From NCBI GenBank assembly GCA_018238155.1, contig JABCTZ010000018.1, forward strand, positions 30,885 through 94,884: DNA of 64,000 bases. Direction: 5' to 3'. The position numbers and the translations under genes are program-made. Source of the stretch: Candidatus Heimdallarchaeota archaeon (GTDB lineage: Archaea; Asgardarchaeota; Heimdallarchaeia; JABLTI01). The notes under the pieces were generated by a model that saw only the letters and a program-made list of their open reading frames with translations, did no database searches and was not told the DNA's origin. Shown here one piece after another: positions 52,536 through 63,434 of this stretch (position 1 is the stretch's first letter; each line of letters starts with the position of its first letter).

Positions 52536-53258
52536 ATGAAGGAAGAGAAAGAAAAAGAGAATTTAACCTTAGTCGAACAAAAGCTAAAACAAAATAAAAA
52601 AATGATAATAGTTTCAGGTTCATCATTATTACTCATTTCAGTTTCATTACTGATTTTTTTAACGATTACATTGCCACCTATAGACGTTACTTTGCCGATA
52701 ATTTCAATAGCAATTACAACGGCCATATTTTTAATTTTCTATATTTTACTTTATCCAAAAAAAATAACTCAACAATATTTTATGGAATTAATAAAAACAA
52801 AAAATGCTGAAGAATTAATTACAATAGCATCTAGTTTCAGTTATACAACTAATTTAGCTCTATATGCGTTAGCAGATATTAGATATCCTGATATTGAAAA
52901 AGTATTTTCCGCTAATCTAAAGAAAAGACGAGTTAAGGGTATTACATCTACTGTGATGAGCATATTGAAACTGAAAAATCGGTATCCTTTTGATATACCA
53001 GATTCTACAAACATTCACTCTGATTATTCAATAAAAATTGCCAAAGTTTATTTTATTGATCAAAAAACAGATTTGGGTAAATGTATGATTTCTAAAATAT
53101 CATTAAGTATCGATATGGATATAACCATCTGTCCTTTCTGTGGTAAAATGGCTAAGAGAACTTTACTAGAAAATTGGTTACAAGACAATCCCTTTTGCCC
53201 CATTTGTAGGAAAGATTTGATTATTAATGATTGCCCACAAGTAGAAATTAAAGACTAA
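52536..53258 (+). CDS. 2-TM membrane protein with C-terminal RING/SP-RING-like domain
   Basis: CMISK...CPFC......LLENWL....CPICR. ATG 52536 after GGGTGA. Confidence 0.72.
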   Translation: MKEEKEKENLTLVEQKLKQNKKMIIVSGSSLLLISVSLLIFLTITLPPIDVTLPIISIAITTAIFLIFYILLYPKKITQQYFMELIKTKNAEELITIASSFSYTTNLALYALADIRYPDIEKVFSANLKKRRVKGITSTVMSILKLKNRYPFDIPDSTNIHSDYSIKIAKVYFIDQKTDLGKCMISKISLSIDMDITICPFCGKMAKRTLLENWLQDNPFCPICRKDLIINDCPQVEIKD

Positions 53259-53432
53259 AAAATAGATGATCAATACTTTCACAAGGAATATTGATTCAAA
53301 TTACAGCATAGCACTTAGAAATATTTCTGCTACTAAATTCATCAAGAAATTGATCTTCATCAACCTAATATATAAGATATTTTACTAAAAAATCGTTAGT
53401 AGATAAAATTTAATTTAGTAGCTTTTCAGCTC

Positions 53433-53771
53433 CTAATGACCTTTAAATTCTGCTAATGCATCTTCAGCGGCTTTTTCAATTTCAGCAACCATTTTATCGT
53501 AGAAATGTTTGAATTCTTCTTTATGACATTCTGACCCACCCCAAGGATTGAAATGAGCAACGAGCTCACCTGAAGCATCAAGAACTCTGAAGGTTGGTCT
53601 TGAAATAGGTCCTGGTTTTGGATCTTTTTCTTCTTCTGGATTAACAATTTCTAGAAGATAGCTTTCATTGCAATTTTTCTTAATTATTTCCGGAATTATC
53701 TTCTCTCGAGCATCAAATTGCACTCGTAAACGTGGTGGTTCAACCATAGTCATCACTTCTAATTTTGCCAT
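53433..53771 (-). CDS. Small hypothetical protein
   Basis: MAKLEVMTMVEPPRLRVQF...; typical codon usage; no recognised motif. Confidence 0.65.
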   Translation of the reverse strand: MAKLEVMTMVEPPRLRVQFDAREKIIPEIIKKNCNESYLLEIVNPEEEKDPKPGPISRPTFRVLDASGELVAHFNPWGGSECHKEEFKHFYDKMVAEIEKAAEDALAEFKGH

Positions 53772-53967
53772 TTTCTCTCTCAATTCTATTTGAATTTGAT
53801 TTGAAAAAGAACATGTTCCCTTTTTCAAATGTCAATTAGTTTATTTAAATTTTTACTTTCGAAAAAAAAGCACAAATATGTTCTTCTAAATAGATTGATA
53901 CTTGAGAAAAATATCTTAACCAGTGATCTTCTAAATTAAGAAATTTTATAATTGATGAATTCTTCTT

Positions 53968-55530
53968 TTGTATATGAATTCTAAAGAAGAGAGGATTAAA
54001 GAGTTAATTTTTGCATTACGAAGAGATTTCAAAATCAGCAAAGACATTGTGATTGCTCTTGGTAAGATTGGTTCAGCAGTTATTCCTCATTTAATAGATG
54101 CTTACCAAGTAGATGATTTTGCTTTTCGACTGAAGATCATTGAAACATTGAGCGAATTAGGAGAATTAGGACTTCCCGGTTTGGTAGAGTTATTGGATCA
54201 TTCCGATATCAAAACCAAAACCACTATACTCAAAACAATTAGAAAAATGGATGTAGATGCATCTAGTTTAAACAATTCAATTATAAAAAAAATGGAAGAA
54301 ATAACTGAATGGAAAAATATTGTTTATACTAACTTCCAAAATTTAGAAGATCAAGTAGATGATATAATTCAATTTAGGAATGTTCTTGTGAAAAACCTTC
54401 TTGAAATTAACCGACTCGATACCAATACAGACACTGTAAAAGAACTTGCTTTTATTACCACTCACATTTATTTTAGGAAGATACAAAATCAGGAAATAAA
54501 AACCGAACTAGATCATTTTTATACTAAATTACTCGAAAATAAAAAAATAACCATTCTTGAATTTGAAGAGATTTACAAAAAAATCTACAAAATAGATACT
54601 ATGATGGAAAAAATTATCAGAGGTTATCTTGAGAGCTATAACGCTCAAATTAAATCTGAAACTTTAGAGGTCATTTTGAAAATTGTTGGAGAACAACTAG
54701 CAAGGGGACTAATCTACAAAAACTGTGACAGGAATTTCTATGTGTACAATTATGATTCAGAGAGAGTTAGGAATCTACCAAATCATGCTCTTTATCTAGG
54801 TATGGTTTACTTATTTACTGATGAACAGCTCGACAGATTAGCAGGTATTACAACATTTGATTCGATTAAGGGAATCGTAGTGGAAATGAAACGCGATTTA
54901 AGTTATGATTTAGAGGATATCATGTTAAAAGATATCATTGGTGAGCAAGGTGCAAATGAAACGATTAAAACAGGGATAAAAAAACTCGATCTTAGTGTAA
55001 AGAAATTATCATCAGTTGATCTTGATCCTCTTGAAGATTGTCGGGATTTAGAATTTCTGAATCTAAGTGATAATAAACTTGTAACAATAAATCTCGAACC
55101 TTTAATGAATTGTGAAAATTTTGATTTTTTAGATCTTTCTAAGAATCAACTTACTTTTCTTGATCTTAAACCTCTAAGTAATTGTAAGAAATTGAGTTGG
55201 TTAGTTTTAGAAAACAATAAGATCTATATGATCGATTTAACACCTTTGCGAAATAACCCCACTTTATTTGAATTAAAACTCAAAAATAATGCATTAACAA
55301 CTCTTAATTTGGATTCATTGAGTAATTGTACTCAATTGATAGAGCTTGATTTATCAAATAATAACATTAAGCAAATTGATGTGACACCTTTGGAAAGCTG
55401 TAAACAGTTAGAATTCTTAGGTATAGATGATTCAACGAAATTGCTATGGCGAAAACCAAATTTACCAAAAGAAGAAGATTTGTCTGAAGGATTGCGAGAG
55501 CATTACTCAAGATTAATAATAATTAAATAG
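53968..55530 (+). CDS. HEAT(PBS-like)-repeat + leucine-rich-repeat protein
   Basis: ALGKIG..VIP.LI at the N-terminus; 22-aa LDLS.N.L..IDL.PL..C..L repeats at the C-terminus. Confidence 0.85.
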   Translation: MYMNSKEERIKELIFALRRDFKISKDIVIALGKIGSAVIPHLIDAYQVDDFAFRLKIIETLSELGELGLPGLVELLDHSDIKTKTTILKTIRKMDVDASSLNNSIIKKMEEITEWKNIVYTNFQNLEDQVDDIIQFRNVLVKNLLEINRLDTNTDTVKELAFITTHIYFRKIQNQEIKTELDHFYTKLLENKKITILEFEEIYKKIYKIDTMMEKIIRGYLESYNAQIKSETLEVILKIVGEQLARGLIYKNCDRNFYVYNYDSERVRNLPNHALYLGMVYLFTDEQLDRLAGITTFDSIKGIVVEMKRDLSYDLEDIMLKDIIGEQGANETIKTGIKKLDLSVKKLSSVDLDPLEDCRDLEFLNLSDNKLVTINLEPLMNCENFDFLDLSKNQLTFLDLKPLSNCKKLSWLVLENNKIYMIDLTPLRNNPTLFELKLKNNALTTLNLDSLSNCTQLIELDLSNNNIKQIDVTPLESCKQLEFLGIDDSTKLLWRKPNLPKEEDLSEGLREHYSRLIIIK

Positions 55531-55613
55531 GTTACTCTAAATTGAAACCAATCCTTTTTTTCAGACAGATTTCCAAAAGGGAATTCATATGAACATATTA
55601 GTTTGTTGTCACA

Positions 55614-57040
55614 TTATACTTCATTAGGTTTAATTGCTGAATTTTTGTTTCGAATAGCATTAACGCTCAAAAGAGCTATTGGTACAACTATCAAAACAAA
55701 ATTAATTATTCCACCAATCAGAAATAGTCTAGAAATATCTAAATCAGACCCCTTTATTGGTAGTGCAATTATTGGTGAGAGAAATTGACCAAGATATAAC
55801 ATTAAGACAAATATACCCACAACTCTTCCGCGTATTTTCGCAGGTGTATAAAGCAGTAACCATGCTTGGATATTTGGCATAAAGAATCCCCACCCTAGAC
55901 CGATCATTCCCACTGCAACAAAGATCACCCAAGATAAAGGTGCTAGAGCAAGTAGAACGAAGCCACTTTGTTTAATAAAGAAATAGTCAGTGTCAAAGAT
56001 ACCAATGTAATCATAGTAATCTTTAGGACTTACTTTTAAAGTTGAAACGATTGCAGCTTTTTGTGCTTCTTCCAATCCTTTTTGATAATCATTATAGTAT
56101 CTATTAATAAGCCAACTCCAACTAATATCAAAAAAGTCAGAGAATTCCTCCAAACTATAATCTGTTACTTCAATATCGAAGTAGGTACCTAAATTTGTTA
56201 TATTATTGAATTCTTTTAATGGAAAATTAATTTTCCCCATTGGCGCTTGTAACGTTTCCCACAAATATGTTGGTAATTCGGTTGTTGTTTCTACAATTTC
56301 ATTATCAACAATTTTGTAAAATGGTGAGATCTTCTCATCTGACATTTCTATTACAAAGTTATGATTTACGGTATATTTCGCAACCTGTATATCAGTTGTA
56401 GCAAACAGATATTTCTCTTTATAGAAAAGTTCATCTTTAGCTGATGCGTGTACAAAATCTGTAATGCTGTTAGACCACTCATATTTAACTACTCTATTAT
56501 TAAGGATTACTTTTGGCAAGTTTGAAGCGAATGCATCATAAACTAATTCTGCAGTATCTTCTAAATATAATGCATAAGATGTAACGCTATCTAAACCATT
56601 AACTGATTCATTTAGATTATATTTTATTGTAATAAATTTAGCATCTGATTCATTGAAATATGGATCTAGATAGTCCATTAGATTATTTTGGGATCCATAA
56701 TTACAATTAACTAGTTTCATATCATTTAAATATTGAGTATATGAAATTAATTGGTTTAGATAATAATCCTTAATTGATTGTGTAATTGCTACTGGTTCCT
56801 TCATTATTTGAAAACTATCAATTAAGCTAATTCCATAAGTTGAATGTTCGATAGAGTCAGTAAGATTAACAGGATGAATGTCATTTAAGTATTCAATAAA
56901 TCTTCTAAGAAGCTATTAAGAAAAGCTTCCTCATTTTCTTCTTTCTCACCGAAAGTGTTAAATGCGTTTATTTGCACAAAATCTGAATAAATCAGAATTA
57001 TCATTATCAATAGTGTATATAATTGATTTCTTTTTATCAT
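55614..57040 (-). pseudogene. Frameshifted chimera: secreted protein N-terminus fused to the last TMs of an MFS transporter
   Basis: ATG 57040 (MIKRNQLYTLLIMIIL...) shifts frame near 56900. From about 55965 the sequence reads G..G.GWG..MP.......TP...RGRV.G......LGQFLSP, an MFS C-terminal motif. Confidence 0.65.
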
Positions 57041-57296
57041 TTGAAATACACACCCGCTTTTTTAAGAAAAAGGATCTTCCCAAATCCAAATTCCTCTCTG
57101 TGTTTTTCTTTCCCCTTCGAAAGGGATAATTATTATTTCAAAATATCATATAAAAAAGTACATTTCTTTTACAGTGTTAATTTTAAAAAACAATATATTT
57201 TTAAATATTCAAGACAAAATAAAAACCTAGTATTAGAAAATGAAAAGAGAATATTGTAATAGTTAACTCTTTTTTTTAATAAAAAGTGGGGATATA

Positions 57297-59917
57297 ATGA
57301 AAAAAAAACAATTGAAACCATTTTGGTAGTTGTAATAGTTGGGTTAACCGCTAGTTTTTTAATTAATACGAAAAGCACCAGTTTGCAGACAATTCTTAAT
57401 TTTGAACAAGCAAGTGATATTGATGGAAATATAACTAATGATTATCTTTACACAAGTTATTGGGGAGATAGTGTAATAAGAGAGAGTTTGTTTGTAGATT
57501 CAATTGCTTATTTAGCTTGTGGGGAGAATGGTTTAACTATTCTGAATATTTCCAACCCACACATACCTCAATTAATAATTACAATCCGCTATGATAATTT
57601 TAGCTTTAATGATTTCGTTCTATCAGACAACATCCTCTATTGTTACAATGAAACAATAATTTATCTTTTCAATATTGCAACTCCAGAAACTCCATCATAT
57701 ATTACTAATTATACAATTTTTCACCGGCTCTATGGTTTAAATGTTAAAGAAAAAATTGGTTATCTTTCATGTAGAAATTTAACTTCTACCGATGAGCTTC
57801 AGATTCTAAACTTAACAAATCCAGAGAATATAACAAGAATTAATTCATTTCACTATAGTAATCATCAAATCTATTTTGATCCAAATATTATTGAAATTAG
57901 CGAAGAATTCATGATTCTTAGTGAAGAATCTCAAACAGCATTTCTAAATTTATCTGATCTAATGAATATCTTCACTATCAAAACTTTGAGCAATTATTAT
58001 GTTCATTTTTTTGCCACTAATAAATTGCTGTTATTAGAATATCTTTCAGAAGATTATACTATTACTTGTACAAATATTTCCGTCTATGATAAGAACAATA
58101 TCATAGATATGACCTTAATTTCCTCACTATCTGTTAATTATTATCTAAGCTTTAATTATCAAAAAAACAACCAATTGTTCTTTTCTGGTATAATGGAATA
58201 TGATAGCTATCAAGAATATAATGATTGGTATAGAATTAGTGGGTACTTCCTAACTTGTTATATCTATCAATTAGATGGAAATAATTGTCTATCAATGAAC
58301 AGAACTGTTCATTTCAATAAAATACCTGAAGGAAGCTTATTTGCTTCTCGACTTTACAATATTGATGAGACATTTCGTCATACAGAAAATACAATATATG
58401 TTTTTGATGAAATAATCTATATAATTGAGGGTAAATACCATTTTAGTACGACATTAGGTTCAAGATTATATGTATCTTATGTTGATATAGATCGTGATGG
58501 ATTACACTCATTTTTAGAAGATACTTTAGGGTTGAGTGTTACTGAACCCGATACAGACAATGATTTGCTCGATGACGGGTTAGAATACTATGTTTATAGA
58601 ACTAATCCTGGAGTTTCTGATACCGATGGTGACGGATATTCAGATAACGAAGAAATTTATCGATGGGGAACTAATCCCTTAAGTAATATCGATAAACCAA
58701 GTATAGAGGATTTAGAACAGTACTACAATATTAACACTAGGGATGTTATTTTGTATATAAGCAGCATAATAGGCATTATAGCAATTATTGTTTACTTGGC
58801 TATATTAAATCATAACTCTACAAGGAAGAATCAGAAAATCTTCTTAATGTTGATTTCAAGATTTGTGTTTTTAGCTCTTTTTTTAGGCGCAGCTATTCCA
58901 TTTATTTGTCAGCAAGTGATTTATTCTGTAGCAGAAAACTATAGCTCAACAACAAGTATATTTCTTTCTGGCGCTTGGACGGAATATTACTCTGGATTCA
59001 CTTTTACAGGATTTGCTTCAGAATTAGGTTCATTCAATTCTAACATACCATTATTCGCATTTTTATCAATAGGATTTTTCTTTGGTGTCTTCCTCATAGA
59101 AGTCATTTTTGTACCGATAAATATTCTAAAAGAACAAGTAATCAAACAAAAAACTGGTGTTGAAATAACACTATTAGTGAAGAATGGTCTTTTGTTCTTA
59201 AGCATACTATTTGGTTTTCTCTGCCTTTTCTCTCTTTTTTCCTTCTTCAACGAAATTGAAAAAGGTGTTCAATCAGTTTTGGATCCTTTATTTTCCTCCT
59301 ACTTTACTTTAAATTGGACTGTCTGGTTCTTTTTATGTGTGCAAGTTTTTTCAATGCTATATCTGTTTACACAATTAACCTCATTTGATATTTCGAGAGC
59401 AATATTTTCAAGAAAAGAGACTGTTTCTCATTCATTATTTAGAATGAACAAAACATTATCTTCATTGAAAAAACGTCTTCATATGGGCTTAACTTTAAAT
59501 CTAATTAGAAGTTTTCTACTATCATCTATTGTCCCCCTTACACTAATTATAAGCAATTTTATACTATTTGATTCAGTATCATTAAATCCTAAATCTAGCA
59601 TTCCTTTCTTTATCATCTTAAGTTTATTTCCTGTATTCTATTTGATTTCTTATTTATTTAATATCTGTAAATATTACACCAACAAAAATATAGCTGTTTC
59701 GAAATTAGATAAAGTCCTTTCAAAAACGATAAATGATGGTAATTATAGATTTGTATATGCTTTTTGGCATTGGCGAATGATATTAGTAGTTCTTACTGAA
59801 ATTGATAATGAGAAAGCAACAAAAATTATTGCAGAAAAACTCTCTTCATCAACAATCAAAAAAGACTCTCTTACCTCTGCATTCTTAGAAAAAGTACAGG
59901 AAATTATCAATAAATAA
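57297..59917 (+). CDS. Large ectodomain (LVIVD-like propeller + 3 Ca-binding repeats) followed by about 7 TM helices; 5' frameshift at A9
   Basis: AYLACG..GL.ILNIS.P..P; DTD.DG..D repeats; seven hydrophobic segments. ATG 57297 plus one extra A gives MKKKTIETILVVVIVG. Confidence 0.75.
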
Positions 59918-60004
59918 CCTATAACCTACAAATCCAGTTGAATAAAAAAAAACAGAGTAAATATAATTAATATATTCCAATAGAAATAGTAAAAAAAACA
60001 AAGG

Positions 60005-60024
60005 AGAAGTGAATTTTCACTTCT
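60005..60024 (-). terminator. Palindromic hairpin overlapping the stop codon; identical copy at 50765-50784
   Basis: AGAAGTGAA-TT-TTCACTTCT. Confidence 0.6.
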
Positions 60025-61132
60025 ATCTTCTTCTTTTTTCAACGAAAATAATAGAGATAAATACTACTAATACTATTGCTGAGAATCCAATAATACTTGC
60101 TGCAATTGGAAGTTTACTTGTTGGTGTTTCACTTGAAGTAGTGGGAGTATCTGTTGGAGTTTCTGTAGGAGTGGGTGTAGGCGTTGGTGTAACTGTTGGA
60201 TCGCTCCAACCGGCTAATGTTGCCCATAACCACCAGGCGGCATAAGCTTTCTGATTTGCATTCAAGGGCTCACTATGAGCTGAACTGCAAGAATACCATT
60301 CATCAGGATTTGCTGTTTGCCAGTCTGTTGCCCAATTGGCATCCCGACTTGTATCATTATTTGAGTCATATGCACAGGTATCTGTAACCAATTTATCACC
60401 ATAATAATAACCATCTGGATCATAACACTCGATATCATAAAAGTCGAACAAGATTTTACCATGAGTATTGCAATGGGTTCGAATCTGCTCATTACGAAGA
60501 TGAACTGAACCTTCTAATCCACCACCATTTGTATGACCGGTCATATAAATAAAATCTATATTAGGATAATCTTCTTCCAAACCAACCATAAGACCAAGGT
60601 AAGTTTCAATATCTTCCACAGAACCGCCCACTTGTCCACACCAGGACCACATAACAACATTGACATCTTCATTTCCAGCAGTCTCGAGATAGACTCTTGT
60701 TCGGTTCTCCCATGTGACTCTATCAGGATTCCCCAAATCGCCACTTACAAAATAATCATCTAAATCTAGCGCTCCACCAGAGCCGCCTTCATTCCAATCA
60801 TATAAACCATCAGTGAAATTCGAAGGACCGGCTTGTGTTCCAACATAATTTTCTTTAAAATTAGACAAACCATTCATACCTGTGGTGATTTGACTTCCAT
60901 GCGAAGTATGTCCGTAAGCTATATGAAGAGTATTCTTTGCATTGATAATAGCTGAATCAGGTATCTGGTTTAATCGCACCATGTTCATTATTGTGTGATC
61001 AGCAATTATTGCATCAGCAGTTATTTTTGGTTGTTCTATCAAGGATGCGCTTTCACTTGAAGTATTAGTGAAACCTATCAATAGTCCCAAAATAATACAT
61101 ATTGTAATAATTTGTTGAATTTTAAATTTCAT
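60023..61132 (-). CDS. Surface-anchored uncharacterised hydrolase (SGNH-like), copy 1
   Basis: Signal peptide; YGHTSHGSQ, MWSWCG, YMTGH, FDFYDIE, SAHS; PT linker, TM, EKRRR. Confidence 0.6.
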   Translation of the reverse strand: MKFKIQQIITICIILGLLIGFTNTSSESASLIEQPKITADAIIADHTIMNMVRLNQIPDSAIINAKNTLHIAYGHTSHGSQITTGMNGLSNFKENYVGTQAGPSNFTDGLYDWNEGGSGGALDLDDYFVSGDLGNPDRVTWENRTRVYLETAGNEDVNVVMWSWCGQVGGSVEDIETYLGLMVGLEEDYPNIDFIYMTGHTNGGGLEGSVHLRNEQIRTHCNTHGKILFDFYDIECYDPDGYYYGDKLVTDTCAYDSNNDTSRDANWATDWQTANPDEWYSCSSAHSEPLNANQKAYAAWWLWATLAGWSDPTVTPTPTPTPTETPTDTPTTSSETPTSKLPIAASIIGFSAIVLVVFISIIFVEKRRR

Positions 61133-61281
61133 TTTTCTTCCACCTTTAGATAATAAAAGAATATGTTTTCTTTACAATAAATAAATCTTTTTCTATTTTA
61201 CTAAAAATGCTCAAAATTTAGTAATCGCTGGATAAATTTGGCTTTTTTCTATTCCTACAAAAAAAGAAGGTAAGAATTTTT

Positions 61282-62841
61282 TCACCTTCTTCTTTTATCA
61301 ATAATCATTACAGAAATCAAAGCTATTGATAATATTACTGTGAAACCAATGATACTTGCAGCAATTGGTAGAATATTGGTTGGAGAAGTAGTTGGAGTTG
61401 TAGGTGTAGTGGAAGGACTCTCACTAGGTGTTGGCGTTGTAGTTGGGGTTTCCGGGTAATCATTTGAATCTGTAGGATCTTTTCCGGCAGCTATTTCTAC
61501 GTTATCATTAAATCCATCGCCATCAGTATCTACATTGTTTGGATTTGTAATGTAGCCGTCTGTGCCTAGAATAACTTCCTCTCCATCAAGTATGGTGTCA
61601 TCATCGGAATCTGTGTCGTTTGGATTGGTGTGATGAGTGTTTACTTCCGCTCCATCAGTTAAACCGTCATCGTCAGAATCTGCATCATTAGGATTAGTGA
61701 TATATCCATCTGTTCCAGTAATAACTTCCTCACCATCAAGTATGGAATCATCATCAGAATCACTGTCAGCTGGGTCAGTATGGTATGTATCTACTTCTTC
61801 AACATTTGTTAGATCATCTCCATCGGAATCGAGATTAGCATCTGAAACAGTAGGATCAGTAAAGTATTTTGTAACCTCATCTCCATCAATGAGTCCATCA
61901 CTGTCAGTATCATTATTTAATGGATTAGTGATATATCCATCTGTTCCTGTTATTACTTCTTCGCCATCAAGTATGGTATCATCATCAGAATCATCATCAT
62001 TAGGATCAGTAGAATAAGTATTAATCTCTTCTAGATCAGTTAAGTTATCTCCATCTGCATCATAACCTGCTTTCACAATCTCAAGTCCACTATAATGTTC
62101 CACAACATAGGCATAGTTACCTGAAACAAAAACACCATATGCACTACCACCATCATTGAACTGTCCCACTTTTGTTGGTGATGTCGGGTCGGAAATATTT
62201 AGTATCTCCAGCTCATCAAAATCATCAGCAACATAAGCAAAATCACCTGAAATAAAAACACCATGAACATAACCACTATCAAAGAACTGACCCACTAATG
62301 TTGGTGTTGTCGGGTCGGCAATATTTAATATTTCAAGACCAGCACTACCAGCAGAAACATAAGCAAAATCACCTGAAATAAAAACGTCAAGAACCCAACC
62401 ACTGTTATTGAACTGACCCACTAATGTTGGTGATGTCGGGTCGGTAATATTTAATATTTCAAGACCATCAGTACCATCAGCAACATAAGCAAAATCACCT
62501 GAAACAAAAACATCACAAGCATAACCACCATCAAAGAACTGTCCCACCTCAGTAGGATTACTTGGATTGGTAATATTTATTATCTCAAGACCATCAGTAT
62601 AATCCGCTACATAGGCATAGTTACCTCTAATAAAAACACTTTCAGCAGAACCACCATCATCAAACTGGCTCATTCCTTTTAGAATGAATTGTGGAGCACC
62701 ATTTGGTTCAAGATTAGTAGTTCTCTCTCCAATCATTGCTTGTGAATAGCTAATAGACATTATTGTTGAAAAAAATACCAACAATGTTAAACTTGTTATT
62801 GTTATAGAAATCCTCTTATTTATTTTCAAATTCATGTTCAA
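61282..62841 (-). CDS. LVIVD-repeat surface protein (5 repeats) + 8 Asp-rich Ca-binding repeats + PT linker + TM
   Basis: Paralogue of the 44751 gene; tail [10 protein letters not shown]...DKRRR. Confidence 0.9.
   Translation of the reverse strand: MNMNLKINKRISITITSLTLLVFFSTIMSISYSQAMIGERTTNLEPNGAPQFILKGMSQFDDGGSAESVFIRGNYAYVADYTDGLEIINITNPSNPTEVGQFFDGGYACDVFVSGDFAYVADGTDGLEILNITDPTSPTLVGQFNNSGWVLDVFISGDFAYVSAGSAGLEILNIADPTTPTLVGQFFDSGYVHGVFISGDFAYVADDFDELEILNISDPTSPTKVGQFNDGGSAYGVFVSGNYAYVVEHYSGLEIVKAGYDADGDNLTDLEEINTYSTDPNDDDSDDDTILDGEEVITGTDGYITNPLNNDTDSDGLIDGDEVTKYFTDPTVSDANLDSDGDDLTNVEEVDTYHTDPADSDSDDDSILDGEEVITGTDGYITNPNDADSDDDGLTDGAEVNTHHTNPNDTDSDDDTILDGEEVILGTDGYITNPNNVDTDGDGFNDNVEIAAGKDPTDSNDYPETPTTTPTPSESPSTTPTTPTTSPTNILPIAASIIGFTVILSIALISVMIIDKRRR
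62150..62545. repeat. Intragenic 126-bp tandem repeats, near-identical at DNA level
   Basis: ACATAAGCAAAATCACCTGAAA recurs at 62231, 62357 and 62483. Confidence 0.85.
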
Positions 62842-63434
62842 TATCCCTCAAATAGTTTTGATTTGAAATTGTTTCTATTACCTATTTAAATCTAGTTTTA
62901 TTCATTTTGAAATCAGCATACAATAACAATAGGGCTGCAGATTATTATAACCTCAACAGTAATTGGAATATTATAATTAATATACAAATCAAAGATCTTG
63001 TGATCAATCTATCTACTGTGGTGGGTTTACGGTTTAATGAGAGGAGGACCCGTTCTTCTTGTTCTCATAATTGTTATTTCAATTGTAATGAGAATATAAG
63101 CTATTTTTTGAAATAATCTTTTTACTTTACCAATATTTATTTCAAGAAAACAAACAATTTCCTATTCAATTTTACTTGTATAATATTCAACATTGAACTT
63201 GCAGATTAGTTTATTCTTTTTTTTCTGTTAAGCAACTATTCAAGATATACAGTCTTTTACTGAACACTATTTTTCCGTACATTGTGTTAGTCTTGCTTGC
63301 TTTAAAATATTAAAAAAAATTGATAAGAATCTCAATTTGAAAGAAATTTAGAAGCATGAATATTGGAATTAGTTCATTCAGTTTAAGATAGAGATGATTT
63401 CAATGCCTACTGAAAAAAAGAAGAAGGAGTTTTT

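Noticed and set aside
61637-62017. Ser-rich antisense ORF and the other short overlapping ORFs in the track (e.g. 1293, 6213, 10274, 21087, 27074, 33142)
   Set aside because: Shadow frames of well-supported genes.
44751-62841. CRISPR array or diversity-generating retroelement behind the repeats
   Set aside because: The repeats are in-frame protein repeats. I saw no spacers, cas genes, reverse transcriptase or adenine-specific TR/VR pair.
62907-63116. Small ORF or hydrophobic remnant between surface genes
   Set aside because: No convincing start or motif, and stops interrupt the hydrophobic frame.
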